The translations under genes were made by a program, and so were the position numbers. Shown piece by piece: positions 36,049 to 46,166 of a stretch of DNA of 64,000 bases. Origin of the DNA: an uncultured Clostridia bacterium (lineage in GTDB: Bacteria > Bacillota > Clostridia > Christensenellales > UBA1242). Below the pieces are notes generated by a model that saw nothing but the letters and a program-made list of their open reading frames with translations, had not been told where the DNA came from and ran no database searches. Within the stretch, counting starts at the first letter, position 1. The number at the start of each line of letters is the position of its first letter. The DNA lies in the NCBI GenBank assembly GCA_944383355.1, contig CALWPF010000005.1, forward strand, positions 4,124 to 68,123. Direction: 5' to 3'.

Positions 36049-36894
36049 ATGCAGTTTGATAATTTGGAGCATGATGTTTTAACTTTTCGTAATATGGGAG
36101 CAAGAGTATGCAGTATAGGGAAAACTTATTTAGGTAGAGATATTTGGTGTGTAATTGTGGGAAGTGGTAGACCATATATTTTGGTACAGTATGCAATACA
36201 TGCTCGAGAACATATTACTAGTTATTTAGCGCTCAAGCAAATAGCTGAGTGCGTTACAAAAAAATTTGTTGGCACAATATTTTTTATACCAATTGCAAAC
36301 CCTGATGGGGTTGCATTGTGCCTAGATGGACTCAAAAGTGTGAGAGAGCAAAAGTTTCGTGACGAATTAATCTCTATCAATAATGCAAAAGATTTTTCGT
36401 TGTGGAAGGCAAATGTTAGAGGTGTAGATTTGAATGTTAATTTCCCCGCTTTATGGGGATTAGGAATACAAAACACTTTGACAAGAGGTAGTGCCAATTA
36501 TATAGGTGAGTATGCTGGGAGCGAACTTGAGACACGACACTTAATGCGTTTTACCGAAAAGATTCGTCCCGATTCTACAGTGAGTTACCATTGCAAAGGT
36601 GAGGTTATTTATTACCAATTTTATCAGCAGGGTGCCAATATGGATAGGGACCGAATAATTGCACAAGAGTTGTCGCAATGGACGGGGTATCCTATAGCAC
36701 CTATGCGACTGAGTACAGGAGGATACAAAGATTGGTGTATCAAAAAATATCATATTCCAGCGTTTACTATTGAGGTTGGTAGTGATTCGCTAACTCACCC
36801 TATAAGCAAGCGAGAGTTGCCTACAATTTGGGTACAAAATAGATTTGTGGTACAAAATTTACTTGCACTTTTGAGATATATTTATTATAATTAA
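36049..36894 (+). CDS. M14 family zinc carboxypeptidase (gamma-D-glutamyl-meso-diaminopimelate peptidase-like)
   Basis: It has the HAREHIT (HxxE) zinc site, the NVNFP block and a later His (SYHCKG). SD GGAGGGG precedes ATG 36049; an alternative ATG is at 36037. Confidence 0.72.
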   Translation: MQFDNLEHDVLTFRNMGARVCSIGKTYLGRDIWCVIVGSGRPYILVQYAIHAREHITSYLALKQIAECVTKKFVGTIFFIPIANPDGVALCLDGLKSVREQKFRDELISINNAKDFSLWKANVRGVDLNVNFPALWGLGIQNTLTRGSANYIGEYAGSELETRHLMRFTEKIRPDSTVSYHCKGEVIYYQFYQQGANMDRDRIIAQELSQWTGYPIAPMRLSTGGYKDWCIKKYHIPAFTIEVGSDSLTHPISKRELPTIWVQNRFVVQNLLALLRYIYYN

Positions 36895-36921
36895 CAGTAA
36901 TACACATACTGGGGGAGTACT

Positions 36922-37383
36922 TTGCCTGGGATTAATGATGATGACTTTATGTTAGAGGCTTTGGTTGAGGCTAAAAAGGCTATGGAGAGAGATGAGGTGC
37001 CTATTGGTGCCGTTGTGGTACGAGATGGTAAGATAATTGCTCGTGGCTATAATCAAAAAGTAATGCATCACAATACAATATTGCATGCAGAGATTGTGGC
37101 TTTGCAGGAGACTATGCAAGTGCTAGGAGATTGGAGACTAAATGATTGCACATTATATGTGACATTAGAGCCCTGTCCCATGTGTGCTGGCGCCTGTATA
37201 AATGCAAGAGTTGGCAGAATAGTATTTGGTGCCTATGATCCAAAAGCCGGCTGTTGTGGTACTTTGTACAACCTGCCAGTTGATAGTCGGTTTAATCATC
37301 GTGCAGATGTGGTAGGTGGTGTATTGGCAAAGGAATGTGGGCAAATCTTGAGTGATTTTTTTGCCAAAAGGCGTCAAAAATAG
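36922..37383 (+). CDS. tadA: tRNA adenosine(34) deaminase
   Basis: It has HAEIVAL and EPCPMCAGA, and its size is typical for TadA. Confidence 0.9.
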   Translation: MPGINDDDFMLEALVEAKKAMERDEVPIGAVVVRDGKIIARGYNQKVMHHNTILHAEIVALQETMQVLGDWRLNDCTLYVTLEPCPMCAGACINARVGRIVFGAYDPKAGCCGTLYNLPVDSRFNHRADVVGGVLAKECGQILSDFFAKRRQK

Positions 37384-37398
37384 TTGTAGGAGGTTATT

Positions 37399-38226
37399 AT
37401 GGCTTTGATTTTGGAGAAGGAAAATGATCTAGCTATTGATATTGATACATTGTGGCAACGTGTGACAAAAGAGCCAATAGATAATGATGTCGGCGTAATT
37501 ATTTTGAAACAGCATCATTTGGGATTTAATACTACTATACCTAGTTTTGATTTAAAGTTGTGGGGTAAGAGCGTTAAGCAATGGGTATGTTTAGCGTTTG
37601 ATAAATGTCCAATAATGGAGATAAACTATACTGAGGGGGCGGATATATTACAGACGATACGACCATACCTTAGTGACAAAAAATATACCGCAGTGTTTTA
37701 TGCTGATACTCCGCTTTTTCAACGAAAAACATTCTTGTCAGTATTGGATTATGTGCAAACAAAGCGACTAAATGTTTGTAAATTAGAGAGAGGATATATA
37801 TTCGTTACTGATTATATTAGGACAGCCGAGCGCCTTTACAGTACGACATACCCCAATTTGGTAGACAAAGATGAGTTTTTGATTGCACGTAATATGGACA
37901 CATTGGAGCAGATATCGCAAATGCTCAAGGCTCGTATAATTGATTATCATTTAAGGCAAGGCGTGCAAATAATTGATAGAGGCTCTGTCTCTATAGATGC
38001 TGATGTTGTCATTGGTAACGATGTAATAATTTACCCCAATAATACTATAGAGGGTGCTAGTGTGATATTAGATGGGGTTGTTTTGTATACTGGCAATGTT
38101 ATCGTAGATAGTAAGATTGGGCAAAATAGTACATTGCGAAATAGTGTAATAATTAAGAGTGATATAGCAAAAGGTAGTGAATTGACTCCTTTTAGCGTAG
38201 TAGATAATGGGATAGTAAAAAAATAA
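37399..38226 (+). CDS. GlmU-like nucleotidyltransferase/left-handed beta-helix remnant lacking the catalytic signatures
   Basis: Its position upstream of pth-mfd matches glmU synteny in Bacilli. The N-terminus GVIILKQHHLGFNTTIP replaces LAAGKGTRM. Short hexapeptide repeats (VIGNDVIIYPNNTIEG..) end after ~80 aa. Confidence 0.5.
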   Translation: MALILEKENDLAIDIDTLWQRVTKEPIDNDVGVIILKQHHLGFNTTIPSFDLKLWGKSVKQWVCLAFDKCPIMEINYTEGADILQTIRPYLSDKKYTAVFYADTPLFQRKTFLSVLDYVQTKRLNVCKLERGYIFVTDYIRTAERLYSTTYPNLVDKDEFLIARNMDTLEQISQMLKARIIDYHLRQGVQIIDRGSVSIDADVVIGNDVIIYPNNTIEGASVILDGVVLYTGNVIVDSKIGQNSTLRNSVIIKSDIAKGSELTPFSVVDNGIVKK

Positions 38227-38241
38227 AAAGGTGAAGTGTGT

Positions 38242-38790
38242 ATGAAATTAATTGTAGGTCTAGGCAATCCAGGTAATCAATATGTTGGTACGCCACACAA
38301 TGTAGGCTTTGGCGTGGTTGATATAATAGCTGAGCGATATGTTGTACAGTTTAAAAAGAAAAAAAAGAATGCATTATACGCTGAGGCTATTATAGGTAGC
38401 GAAAAAGTAATGTTGATAAAGCCTCAGACTTTTATGAATAATAGTGGTGATAGTGTGTTTCAGTATGTCGAAATGTTCAAGATAGATTTGTCAGACATAG
38501 TAGTCATTTTAGATGATATTGAGTTGACGCCTGGGTTGATACGCACTCGCTTATCTGGGACTGGTGGCACACATAATGGTCTCAAGAATATTTGTTTGCG
38601 ACTAGGCTCGCATAATTTTGCTCGTATTCGTGTAGGAGTGGGAGCGCCTGCAGATGGGCAAGATTTGGCTGATTATGTGTTAACAAAAATGAGTGAGGAC
38701 AAGGCTAAGTTGGTAAAAGTCGGTATGGAAAAAGCTGCCGACTATGCGATTGATTTTGTACAAGGCAAAAAGGTAGTTACTACAGTTTAA
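38242..38790 (+). CDS. pth: Peptidyl-tRNA hydrolase
   Basis: It has MKLIVGLGNPG..Y..T.HN.GF and a later GHNG-like block (GGTHNGLKN). Confidence 0.93.
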   Translation: MKLIVGLGNPGNQYVGTPHNVGFGVVDIIAERYVVQFKKKKKNALYAEAIIGSEKVMLIKPQTFMNNSGDSVFQYVEMFKIDLSDIVVILDDIELTPGLIRTRLSGTGGTHNGLKNICLRLGSHNFARIRVGVGAPADGQDLADYVLTKMSEDKAKLVKVGMEKAADYAIDFVQGKKVVTTV

Positions 38791-41700
38791 TGATTTCTTT
38801 ACAAAAGTTTTTACGCCAATCCTCGACTATTACACAATTTTTTGATAGTGTTCGCTCACGACAATCAGTGAGCGTTTTTGGTTTGGGTATAGGTGAGCGC
38901 ACGTATTTTAGTGGTCTAGATTCAAGGAAGATTTTATATATTACATCAAGTCCTGAGAATTGTGATGAAATTACCGAGAATTTAACTAAATTAGGTAGAA
39001 GGGTTGTTTCAATTACTAGTGCTAATACCAATTTTACATTTCATACCAAAGAATTTGGTAATTCACAACGACAGAGGCAAGCTAGTCTTTTTGCTTTAGT
39101 CAATAACAATGCGGACGCATTAGTTATTAATGGCGAAGTATTGTGTGAAAAATTTGTACCAATAGATGTTTTTAAAAAGAGCATCATAACAATAAAAAAA
39201 GATGAGGACATTGATCCAGATGAGTTGGTTAAAATGTTGACATTGGCTGGTTATGTGCGAGTATCCCAAGTGGAGACTGGTGGACAGTTTGCTCGCCGTG
39301 GCGAGGTGGTTGATATATTCCCAATCAATGAAAAACTGCCATTTAGAGTATATTATTTTGATACTGTTATAGAAAAAATAAACAGTTTCAATGTATTATC
39401 TCAATATGCGGTCCAAGAGGTAGATAGTTTGCAAATATGTCCTAATGGATACAGTATTGATGGTTATGACATTCCTACATTGATTAAAGAGATTCAAAAT
39501 AGTATATCTCTGGCATCAAAACAAGCGAGCAAGGCTGAGTTACCAAATGAATATCTGAGAAATATTAATGAGTGTGCTAGGGTGCTTGAGCAACTACAAT
39601 ATAGTATACCTTTGTCTAGTTGGGGCTTTTTGAGTGCGTGGTGTAATGGTTGCAGTATCTTGGATTATTTAGATGATTTTACTATTTATATTGATCAGCC
39701 AAAGCAAATTTACAATAGCATATTAGACTATCAAGATATTATTCAAAAAACTATTAATGACAGCATAAAAATTGGACAATTATTCGCAAAACATAGAGAT
39801 TTAATAGTTGATTTTGAGGATATAAAAATTTTATTAGATAAGTACTGCAAGGTTTCTTATCAATCCATAATGACCGCTAACAAGTTTTTTGCTCCACAAG
39901 CGGTTTATAGTATCGACACTATTCCTTTACCCGTTATAGCTGGTAATTGGCAAGAGCCCAGTAAAGAGCTAGAGAGATTGCTTGCTAGTGGTTATATTGT
40001 CATTTTGTCTAGTGCTGATGATAATGACAGTGTGCAAATGCAAAATGTATTGTCCAAACTAGGAATGAGTGCTAATATCTGCAATAATGAAAATGATATA
40101 AAATCAAATTTCATTAATATAGCTCAATCCACAATTCTCAATGGGATAGGTTTGGTAGAGGCAAAACTAGTGGTTCTTGGTAGTGAGCAAATTAGAATGC
40201 GCAAAGCCAAGCGTAAAACATCTAGCATTACTGGCAAGCCACTCCAAGAGGCGTTTACTATACCAGCAGTTGGTGAGTATGTAGTGCATGATGTACATGG
40301 TATAGGAGTATGCGAGGGGATTACTCAACTTACCGTAAATAACGCTGTACGTGATTATTTGGTCATTAGTTACAAAAACAATGCTAAACTATATGTTCCT
40401 ACTGAGCAAATGGATATGTTGAGTCGGTACATAGGGGCAGACAAGGCACCTCCATTAAATGAAATAGGTGGTGCTCAGTTTGAGAAAATTAAGCAAAAAG
40501 TCAAAAGCCATATCAAAAAATTAGCTTTTGATTTGTTGACTCTCTATCGAGAAAGAGAACAATCAAAGGGAATCAAACTGAGTGTATCTGAGGACTTGTA
40601 TAGAGAGATAGACGGCAGTTTTCGCTATGAGTTGACTAGGGACCAAGAGCGTGCCATTCAAGACATTCGTAAAGATTTAGCGAGCGGTAAGATAATGGAT
40701 AGATTAGTCGTTGGCGATGTTGGGTATGGCAAAACAGAGGTAGCGTTGCGAGCGGCTTTTATAGCTGCTATGTGTGGTTATCAGGTGGCAATATTAGCGC
40801 CAACTACAATTTTGAGTGAGCAACATTATAATACGTTTAGAGCTAGACTTAGCAATTTTGGTATAGAGGTAAGGTGCCTTAATAGATTCAAAACAAAAGC
40901 AGAGCAAAACAAGATTATTCAAGAATTATCAAGTGGGCAAGTAAATATCATATGTGGAACTCATCGTTTGCTAAGCAAAGATGTTAGTTTTTTTAATCTC
41001 GGATTGTTAATACTTGATGAGGAGCAACGTTTTGGTGTTGGGGACAAAGAAAAAATAAAAAATATAAAAAAGAATGTACATGTACTCACACTAAGTGCCA
41101 CTCCAATACCACGTACGCTACATATGTCCTTGGTTGGTATTAGAGATATATCGGTTATAGAGACTCCTCCGCAAGACCGTATGCCAGTACAAACAGTGGT
41201 CGCACAGTACAGTAATACATTACTGATTACTGCAATTGAGCGGGAATTGGATAGGAAAGGTCAAGTGCTGATAGTATATCCTAGAGTTGATAGCATAGAT
41301 GAGTTTGCTAGCAAGATTATTAAAATTCTCGGTAGTGATGTGCGTGTGGGAGTGGCTCATGGGCAGATGAATAGAGACAAGTTGGAAAGTATCATGATGA
41401 GCGTATATAGAGGTGAGGTTGATGTCTTAGTGGCTACCAGTTTGATAGAAAACGGTATTGATTTACCCAATGCAAATACTATATTTGTAGTTAATGCAGG
41501 TTTATTTGGACTATCACAATTATATCAATTGCGTGGTCGTGTAGGTCGTAGTGATAAATTGGCTTGGGCATATTTTACTTATCCCGATGAGGCAAGCTTG
41601 AGTGATACCTCTTATCTTAGATTATCTACATTGTTAGAATTTACACAATTAGGTAGTGGTTTCAAGATAGCAATGCGAGACTTGGAAATGCGAGGTGCTG

Positions 41701-42242
41701 GGAATTTGCTTGGTGGTGAGCAACATGGACAAATGGAAAAAGTCGGTTACGATATGTATTGCAAACTATTGGATAGCGAGATAGGTGAGTTGCGTGGTGA
41801 GCCAGTGAATATTTGCCGTAGTGTAAAACTAGAGGTCGACTGGAATGCATCAATACCAAAAAATTTTTGCAATGAAGATACTGAGCGTATGGAATTGTAT
41901 GCAATGATTGCTAGCATATCTAATAAAAATGATTATCATAATGTGGTGGATAATATAAAAGATCGTTGGGGAGTTGTGCCAGAACCTGTTGATGGATTAT
42001 GCAGAGTAGCACTACTCAAGTCATGTTGTGTAAGTAATGGGATAGAGCGTGCTATAGTCACAAGCAAAAAAGTTATATTGTATGTCGCTTTGGATAATCA
42101 AGCACATTTAGACGAAATGTTGTCAAAGGTTCCTAGTGGCAGTGATATCAAAGTATATAAAAAAGATAATTGGGCAATATTTGATATGCAAATAACTGAC
42201 AAAAAAGACAGATTTTGGAGAGTCGTTAATTTTTTGAATTGA
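38790..42242 (+). CDS. mfd: Transcription-repair coupling factor
   Basis: 1150 aa. It has a CarD/TRCF RID block (GEYVVHDVHGIG), the SF2 motifs GDVGYGKTEV and DEEQRFG, and a TRG motif region. Its start overlaps the pth stop (TAATG). Confidence 0.95.
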   Translation: MISLQKFLRQSSTITQFFDSVRSRQSVSVFGLGIGERTYFSGLDSRKILYITSSPENCDEITENLTKLGRRVVSITSANTNFTFHTKEFGNSQRQRQASLFALVNNNADALVINGEVLCEKFVPIDVFKKSIITIKKDEDIDPDELVKMLTLAGYVRVSQVETGGQFARRGEVVDIFPINEKLPFRVYYFDTVIEKINSFNVLSQYAVQEVDSLQICPNGYSIDGYDIPTLIKEIQNSISLASKQASKAELPNEYLRNINECARVLEQLQYSIPLSSWGFLSAWCNGCSILDYLDDFTIYIDQPKQIYNSILDYQDIIQKTINDSIKIGQLFAKHRDLIVDFEDIKILLDKYCKVSYQSIMTANKFFAPQAVYSIDTIPLPVIAGNWQEPSKELERLLASGYIVILSSADDNDSVQMQNVLSKLGMSANICNNENDIKSNFINIAQSTILNGIGLVEAKLVVLGSEQIRMRKAKRKTSSITGKPLQEAFTIPAVGEYVVHDVHGIGVCEGITQLTVNNAVRDYLVISYKNNAKLYVPTEQMDMLSRYIGADKAPPLNEIGGAQFEKIKQKVKSHIKKLAFDLLTLYREREQSKGIKLSVSEDLYREIDGSFRYELTRDQERAIQDIRKDLASGKIMDRLVVGDVGYGKTEVALRAAFIAAMCGYQVAILAPTTILSEQHYNTFRARLSNFGIEVRCLNRFKTKAEQNKIIQELSSGQVNIICGTHRLLSKDVSFFNLGLLILDEEQRFGVGDKEKIKNIKKNVHVLTLSATPIPRTLHMSLVGIRDISVIETPPQDRMPVQTVVAQYSNTLLITAIERELDRKGQVLIVYPRVDSIDEFASKIIKILGSDVRVGVAHGQMNRDKLESIMMSVYRGEVDVLVATSLIENGIDLPNANTIFVVNAGLFGLSQLYQLRGRVGRSDKLAWAYFTYPDEASLSDTSYLRLSTLLEFTQLGSGFKIAMRDLEMRGAGNLLGGEQHGQMEKVGYDMYCKLLDSEIGELRGEPVNICRSVKLEVDWNASIPKNFCNEDTERMELYAMIASISNKNDYHNVVDNIKDRWGVVPEPVDGLCRVALLKSCCVSNGIERAIVTSKKVILYVALDNQAHLDEMLSKVPSGSDIKVYKKDNWAIFDMQITDKKDRFWRVVNFLN

Positions 42243-42329
42243 GTGAATTTTGTATCTTCAAAAGATTGACCGTTTCGGTGTTTTGTTGTATAATTGCTCA
42301 TAACTAGATTTTGTGGGGAGAGTATTTTT

Positions 42330-44000
42330 GTGAAAGTTTTTAGTAAAATTTCCGTATTGGCATTGGCTCTTTGTTTGTGTATGATACCAATGTTTGCAGG
42401 TTGTGATTTGTTTGTTTTAAATACTGCAAAGTATCTGAGTGAGCCTGTGGCCTCAATTAATAATACAAAGAATATTACCAAAGAGGAGTTGCTGAATGCA
42501 TACTCTAGTTATGGATATTCACAATTTGATAATGGAGAGACAGCTACTCGAGAGGGTGTGGAGTCTACATTGGACTTGTTGGTTAGTCGCTCATTACTAG
42601 TGGATTATTTGACCGACCCTGAGCGTAGCGGTACAGATTATGTGGAGTTGACTACCAAGCAGACTAATGATATCTGGCGTTCTGTGTATGAGTACTTGAA
42701 TGAGCAGATATCTACTATAGAGGATACTTTGCGTACTGATGCTGGTTTGCCTGCTGATGATACATCTAGTGAGGATACTGCAGAGGAGGACACTACTTAT
42801 ACTGCATATGAGTCAACATATAGGCTGGTATCGGTTAATGGCAAGTATACGCTGGAAAAGATTATAGATGATGTAACGGTGGAGAATGAGTCTATTGCCC
42901 CTTATGATACTACTGATGAGGATTTAACCGAGGCACAAAAAGCAAAAGATATATACGATAATTTCCGTAAATATTATTGGAACTACACAGACAGTAAGAT
43001 TGATCCGATTTATGCTGATAATAAGACCAGTTACAGTGATGACGCTATGGCAGATTTTATAGATGACTTGATTCGTGCCGAAGATGGTAAGAATCTAGAC
43101 AAAGTTACCGAAAATGTTTTTATGCGTGAAGTTGAGCGTGTTTACAAAATTTATTATGAGAATGCAGTCTTGACTGCTTTCCAAGAGAATTTTGAGAGTC
43201 GTGTATCTATCACTGCAGATATGGTGATTACAAAATACAAAGAGTTATTTGAGGCACAAAAAGAGCAATATGATGCAAACCCTGATGCTTATGTAACCGC
43301 AAAACAAGATACTAGTACTACAGTATATTACGAGATGAATAACAGCGGTTGGTTTAGAGTAACACATTTGTTGGTAGGATATACTGACGAAGAGAATGAG
43401 ACCATGGAGGGGTATGCTACCCAGTTGAGCAATATGGAGATTACTAGGTCGGAGTATAATGATCTTGTACAGGTTATCAAGGATAATGCCAAGGCTCGTG
43501 CAATTTCTGTATTAAATGAATTAACTGATAAGTTGGACAAGGCAACAAGTTTACAACAACGTTTTGAGATATTCCGTGATATGTCATATGAGTATAGTAC
43601 AGACACAGCATCTCTCGGGACAGAAAACGATATGAATATCCCTATCAATTCTACTGATGATAATATGGTACCAGAGTTTGCCAGTGCTAGTAGAGAGTTG
43701 CGCTCTAGTGGTGTTGCAGGAGATATTACAGATTTAGTTGAGACACAATACGGGTACCACATCATAATGTACTTGGGCGAGTACACATCGTTTGGACCAA
43801 ATCTAGGTAATGATGCATTACTATTAAAATTAGATTCTACTTTGTTGTCTTATTTAAGCAACAAGACTATGTTAGATAAGATAATAGAAAGTATTACCTT
43901 AGATACTTATAGCAATCACGAACAAAAGTTGATCGAGACTCTCAAGAGTGAGGCTAGCATAGTTTATTATCCTGATGCATACAAGGATATATATAGTTAG
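42330..44000 (+). CDS. PrsA/SurA-like peptidyl-prolyl isomerase lipoprotein
   Basis: A GTG start follows GGGGAGAG. It has a signal peptide with lipobox MFAGC and a parvulin block near the C-terminus (ETQYGYHIIMY). Confidence 0.7.
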   Translation: MKVFSKISVLALALCLCMIPMFAGCDLFVLNTAKYLSEPVASINNTKNITKEELLNAYSSYGYSQFDNGETATREGVESTLDLLVSRSLLVDYLTDPERSGTDYVELTTKQTNDIWRSVYEYLNEQISTIEDTLRTDAGLPADDTSSEDTAEEDTTYTAYESTYRLVSVNGKYTLEKIIDDVTVENESIAPYDTTDEDLTEAQKAKDIYDNFRKYYWNYTDSKIDPIYADNKTSYSDDAMADFIDDLIRAEDGKNLDKVTENVFMREVERVYKIYYENAVLTAFQENFESRVSITADMVITKYKELFEAQKEQYDANPDAYVTAKQDTSTTVYYEMNNSGWFRVTHLLVGYTDEENETMEGYATQLSNMEITRSEYNDLVQVIKDNAKARAISVLNELTDKLDKATSLQQRFEIFRDMSYEYSTDTASLGTENDMNIPINSTDDNMVPEFASASRELRSSGVAGDITDLVETQYGYHIIMYLGEYTSFGPNLGNDALLLKLDSTLLSYLSNKTMLDKIIESITLDTYSNHEQKLIETLKSEASIVYYPDAYKDIYS

Positions 44001-44001
44001 T

Positions 44002-44032
44002 AAAAAACATGCCAAGAGTAGGCATGTTTTTT
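44002..44032 (+). terminator. Terminator after the PrsA-like gene
   Basis: AAAAAACATGCC aagagta GGCATGTTTTTT. Confidence 0.85.
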
Positions 44033-44091
44033 ATATTTCTTTTAGTATAAATTCATATTGGGTATTTCCGACTTTATAAAAACAAAATTTG

Positions 44092-44122
44092 AAAACAAAA
44101 AAGTCCTTTATCAAGGACTTTT
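44092..44122 (-). terminator. Terminator of the tRNA-Met/tRNA-Glu transcript
   Basis: The minus strand reads AAAAGTCCTT gata AAGGACTTTTTTGTTTTC. Confidence 0.8.
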
Positions 44123-44164
44123 AAATTTCATTATGAACCCCAAACGGTTCAAGTACTGGAACAC

Positions 44165-44239
44165 TGGTGACCCCTACGGGACTCGAACCCGTGTTACCAC
44201 CGTGAAAGGGTGATGTCTTAACCGCTTGACCAAGGGGCC
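44165..44239 (-). tRNA. tRNA-Glu (anticodon UUC), CCA encoded
   Basis: The reverse complement is GGCCCCTTGGTCAAGCGGTTAAGACATCACCCTTTCACGGTGGTAACACGGGTTCGAGTCCCGTAGGGGTCACCA. It folds as a cloverleaf with anticodon loop CTTTCAC. Confidence 0.93.
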
Positions 44240-44246
44240 ATAAATA

Positions 44247-44323
44247 TGGTAGCGGCGAGTGGATTCGAACCACCGACCTATCGGGTATGAACCGATCGCT
44301 ATAACCAACTAAGCTACGCCGCC
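44247..44323 (-). tRNA. tRNA with CAU anticodon (elongator tRNA-Met type; lysidine tRNA-Ile2 not excluded), CCA encoded
   Basis: The reverse complement is GGCGGCGTAGCTTAGTTGGTTATAGCGATCGGTTCATACCCGATAGGTCGGTGGTTCGAATCCACTCGCCGCTACCA. The anticodon loop is TTCATAC. It lacks the initiator-type GGG/CCC anticodon stem. Confidence 0.88.
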
Positions 44324-44344
44324 ATATGTGCGGATATATTTAAG

Positions 44345-44373
44345 ATATTAGCATATATACTATCTTTTGTCAA
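44345..44373 (-). promoter_or_regulatory. Consensus sigma-A promoter of the tRNA pair (TTGACA-17-TAATAT, minus strand)
   Basis: The reverse complement reads TTGACA aaagatagtatatatgc TAATAT, ~20 nt upstream of the tRNA 5' end. Confidence 0.65.
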
Positions 44374-44529
44374 TAAAAAAATACAATTTAATCAAAACTG
44401 TGTTATACTTTTGAATTTTTTTATAAGCCTTTGAATTTATATAATTTTTTAAATTTTGTCACAATTTATTAATTTATTTTCTAGTACCAATTTGCGCTAT
44501 GCCATTTTATTGCAACTGGAGTTAAGCGG

Positions 44530-44558
44530 TTTACAAATTGCGTGCTTTGTGCTAAAAT
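44530..44558 (+). promoter_or_regulatory. Candidate promoter of tmk-holB-ricT-rsmI (TTTACA-17-TAAAAT)
   Basis: Read directly. It lies 27 nt upstream of the tmk ATG, and SD GGAGGA is at 44571. Confidence 0.5.
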
Positions 44559-44584
44559 CTTTTTTGATATTGGAGGATTAGGGC

Positions 44585-45247
44585 ATGAGCAAAAAAGGAT
44601 TTTTGATAACTTTTGAGGGTGGCGAAGGTTGCGGAAAATCTACACACAGTCAAATGTTTTGTGAATATTTAGTAAAGCAAGGCTTTGATGTTTTACATAC
44701 TAGAGAGCCAGGTGGGACGAAGTTGTCTGAGGCAATTAGAGACTTGGTAAAGGATTCACGATATATTGACAAAACTCCTGAGTGTGAATTATTGCTGTTT
44801 GAGGCTGCTAGAGCTGAAATCTGTCAAAAGGTATTGAGACCAGCTCTGGAAAGTGGTAAAATAGTAGTACTTGATAGATTCTATGACTCTACTACAGCTT
44901 ATCAAGGTTATGGCAGAGGTTTGGATATACAGTTGATAAATAGGTTAAATAATTTTGCTACCAATGGTCTTACTCCAGACTTAACTTTTTATCTCCGTAT
45001 TGAGCCACGAGTAGCGTTTAGGCGAAAGGGTGGAGCAGAGCAAAATGATGCTATTGAGTTGGAATCACTAGATTTCCACAATAGAGTAAAAAATGGTTTT
45101 GATATTATTGCTCGCAATAATAGTGATAGGTATATTATAATTGATAGTGATAATGATCAAGATGTAGTTGCTGGTGAAATAATTGATAAATTTGAGGAAA
45201 AGTATGCGCAGTTTAGAAATATTCAAGAAAACACCCCTGTACGCTGA
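44585..45247 (+). CDS. tmk: Thymidylate kinase
   Basis: It has FITFEGGEGCGKST and the DRF/Y.ST.AYQG block. Confidence 0.93.
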   Translation: MSKKGFLITFEGGEGCGKSTHSQMFCEYLVKQGFDVLHTREPGGTKLSEAIRDLVKDSRYIDKTPECELLLFEAARAEICQKVLRPALESGKIVVLDRFYDSTTAYQGYGRGLDIQLINRLNNFATNGLTPDLTFYLRIEPRVAFRRKGGAEQNDAIELESLDFHNRVKNGFDIIARNNSDRYIIIDSDNDQDVVAGEIIDKFEEKYAQFRNIQENTPVR

Positions 45248-46166
45248 ATTGGTGAATGGTAAACCTATACATAGTATTATGTTAATTAGTCCAGATCAGA
45301 GCCAATTAGATGATTATGCCGAGATGATGTGTATGACATTATTTTGCTCTGATACTAACAAGCCCTGTGGCAAGTGTAATAATTGTCAAAAGGTTCTGCA
45401 TCATAATTTGGTAGATATCCTAGAGTATCCAAAGCAAGATGATGTTATAAAGAGCGATGAGTTGTCTCAAATAGTCAATGGTATTTTAGAGTTGCCTTAT
45501 GAGGCGGACAAAAAAGTTTTTGTACTATCAAATGTATCCAGTATGGATATGCTTATGCAAAACAAACTACTCAAGTCTTTGGAAGAGCCCCCAAAAGATG
45601 TTTACTTTATACTAAAGGTATCCAACGAAAATCAAGTACTACAGACGGTAAAATCTAGATGCCGCAAGATTTATTTACCCAACCTGAGCGAAGACGAATT
45701 AGATAAATTATTGCCTAGTGACAACGTCAACAAAGAGGAAGCTATTGCTTTTTGTGGTGGTTCGTTATCTCAGGCGGAGCATTTTTTAAAGCAGACAGAT
45801 TTCAAGGGTAATGTAGATTTGATTTTTGATATATTGCTTAATTATCGTAACTCTAGTCAAACTTTGATGTATTCATCAAAACTGTATGATAAAAAAAATG
45901 AGTTTTTGGATATTATCAGTATATATCTCAAGATCTTACAAGATGTTAACTATATTCGTATTGGTAGGCGTGATCTAATATATAGTAGTACACACATGGA
46001 TGAATTATTGCGTATCTGTGGAGATTTTAGTGTTGATGCAATATTAGGTATGGTTAGTGATGCGATTAAGTTGATAGAAAAATTTGATAGGAATTGCAAT
46101 TTTAATGCAATGGTAGATTCATTTTTATTAGGAATTTTGGAGGTAAGGCACAAATGCCCAATGTAG
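45204..46166 (+). CDS. holB: DNA polymerase III subunit delta'
   Basis: It has the zinc module CGKCNNCQKV and the LLKSLEEPP block. ATG 45204 follows GAGGA and overlaps the tmk 3' end. Confidence 0.85.
   Translation: MRSLEIFKKTPLYAELVNGKPIHSIMLISPDQSQLDDYAEMMCMTLFCSDTNKPCGKCNNCQKVLHHNLVDILEYPKQDDVIKSDELSQIVNGILELPYEADKKVFVLSNVSSMDMLMQNKLLKSLEEPPKDVYFILKVSNENQVLQTVKSRCRKIYLPNLSEDELDKLLPSDNVNKEEAIAFCGGSLSQAEHFLKQTDFKGNVDLIFDILLNYRNSSQTLMYSSKLYDKKNEFLDIISIYLKILQDVNYIRIGRRDLIYSSTHMDELLRICGDFSVDAILGMVSDAIKLIEKFDRNCNFNAMVDSFLLGILEVRHKCPM

Noticed and set aside
44165-44323. The tRNA-Glu/tRNA-Met pair could be an integration hotspot for a mobile element.
   Set aside because: There is no integrase, no duplicated tRNA 3' end (att-like direct repeat) and no phage or ICE genes on either side. 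The flanking genes (a PrsA-like gene and tmk-holB) are core genes.
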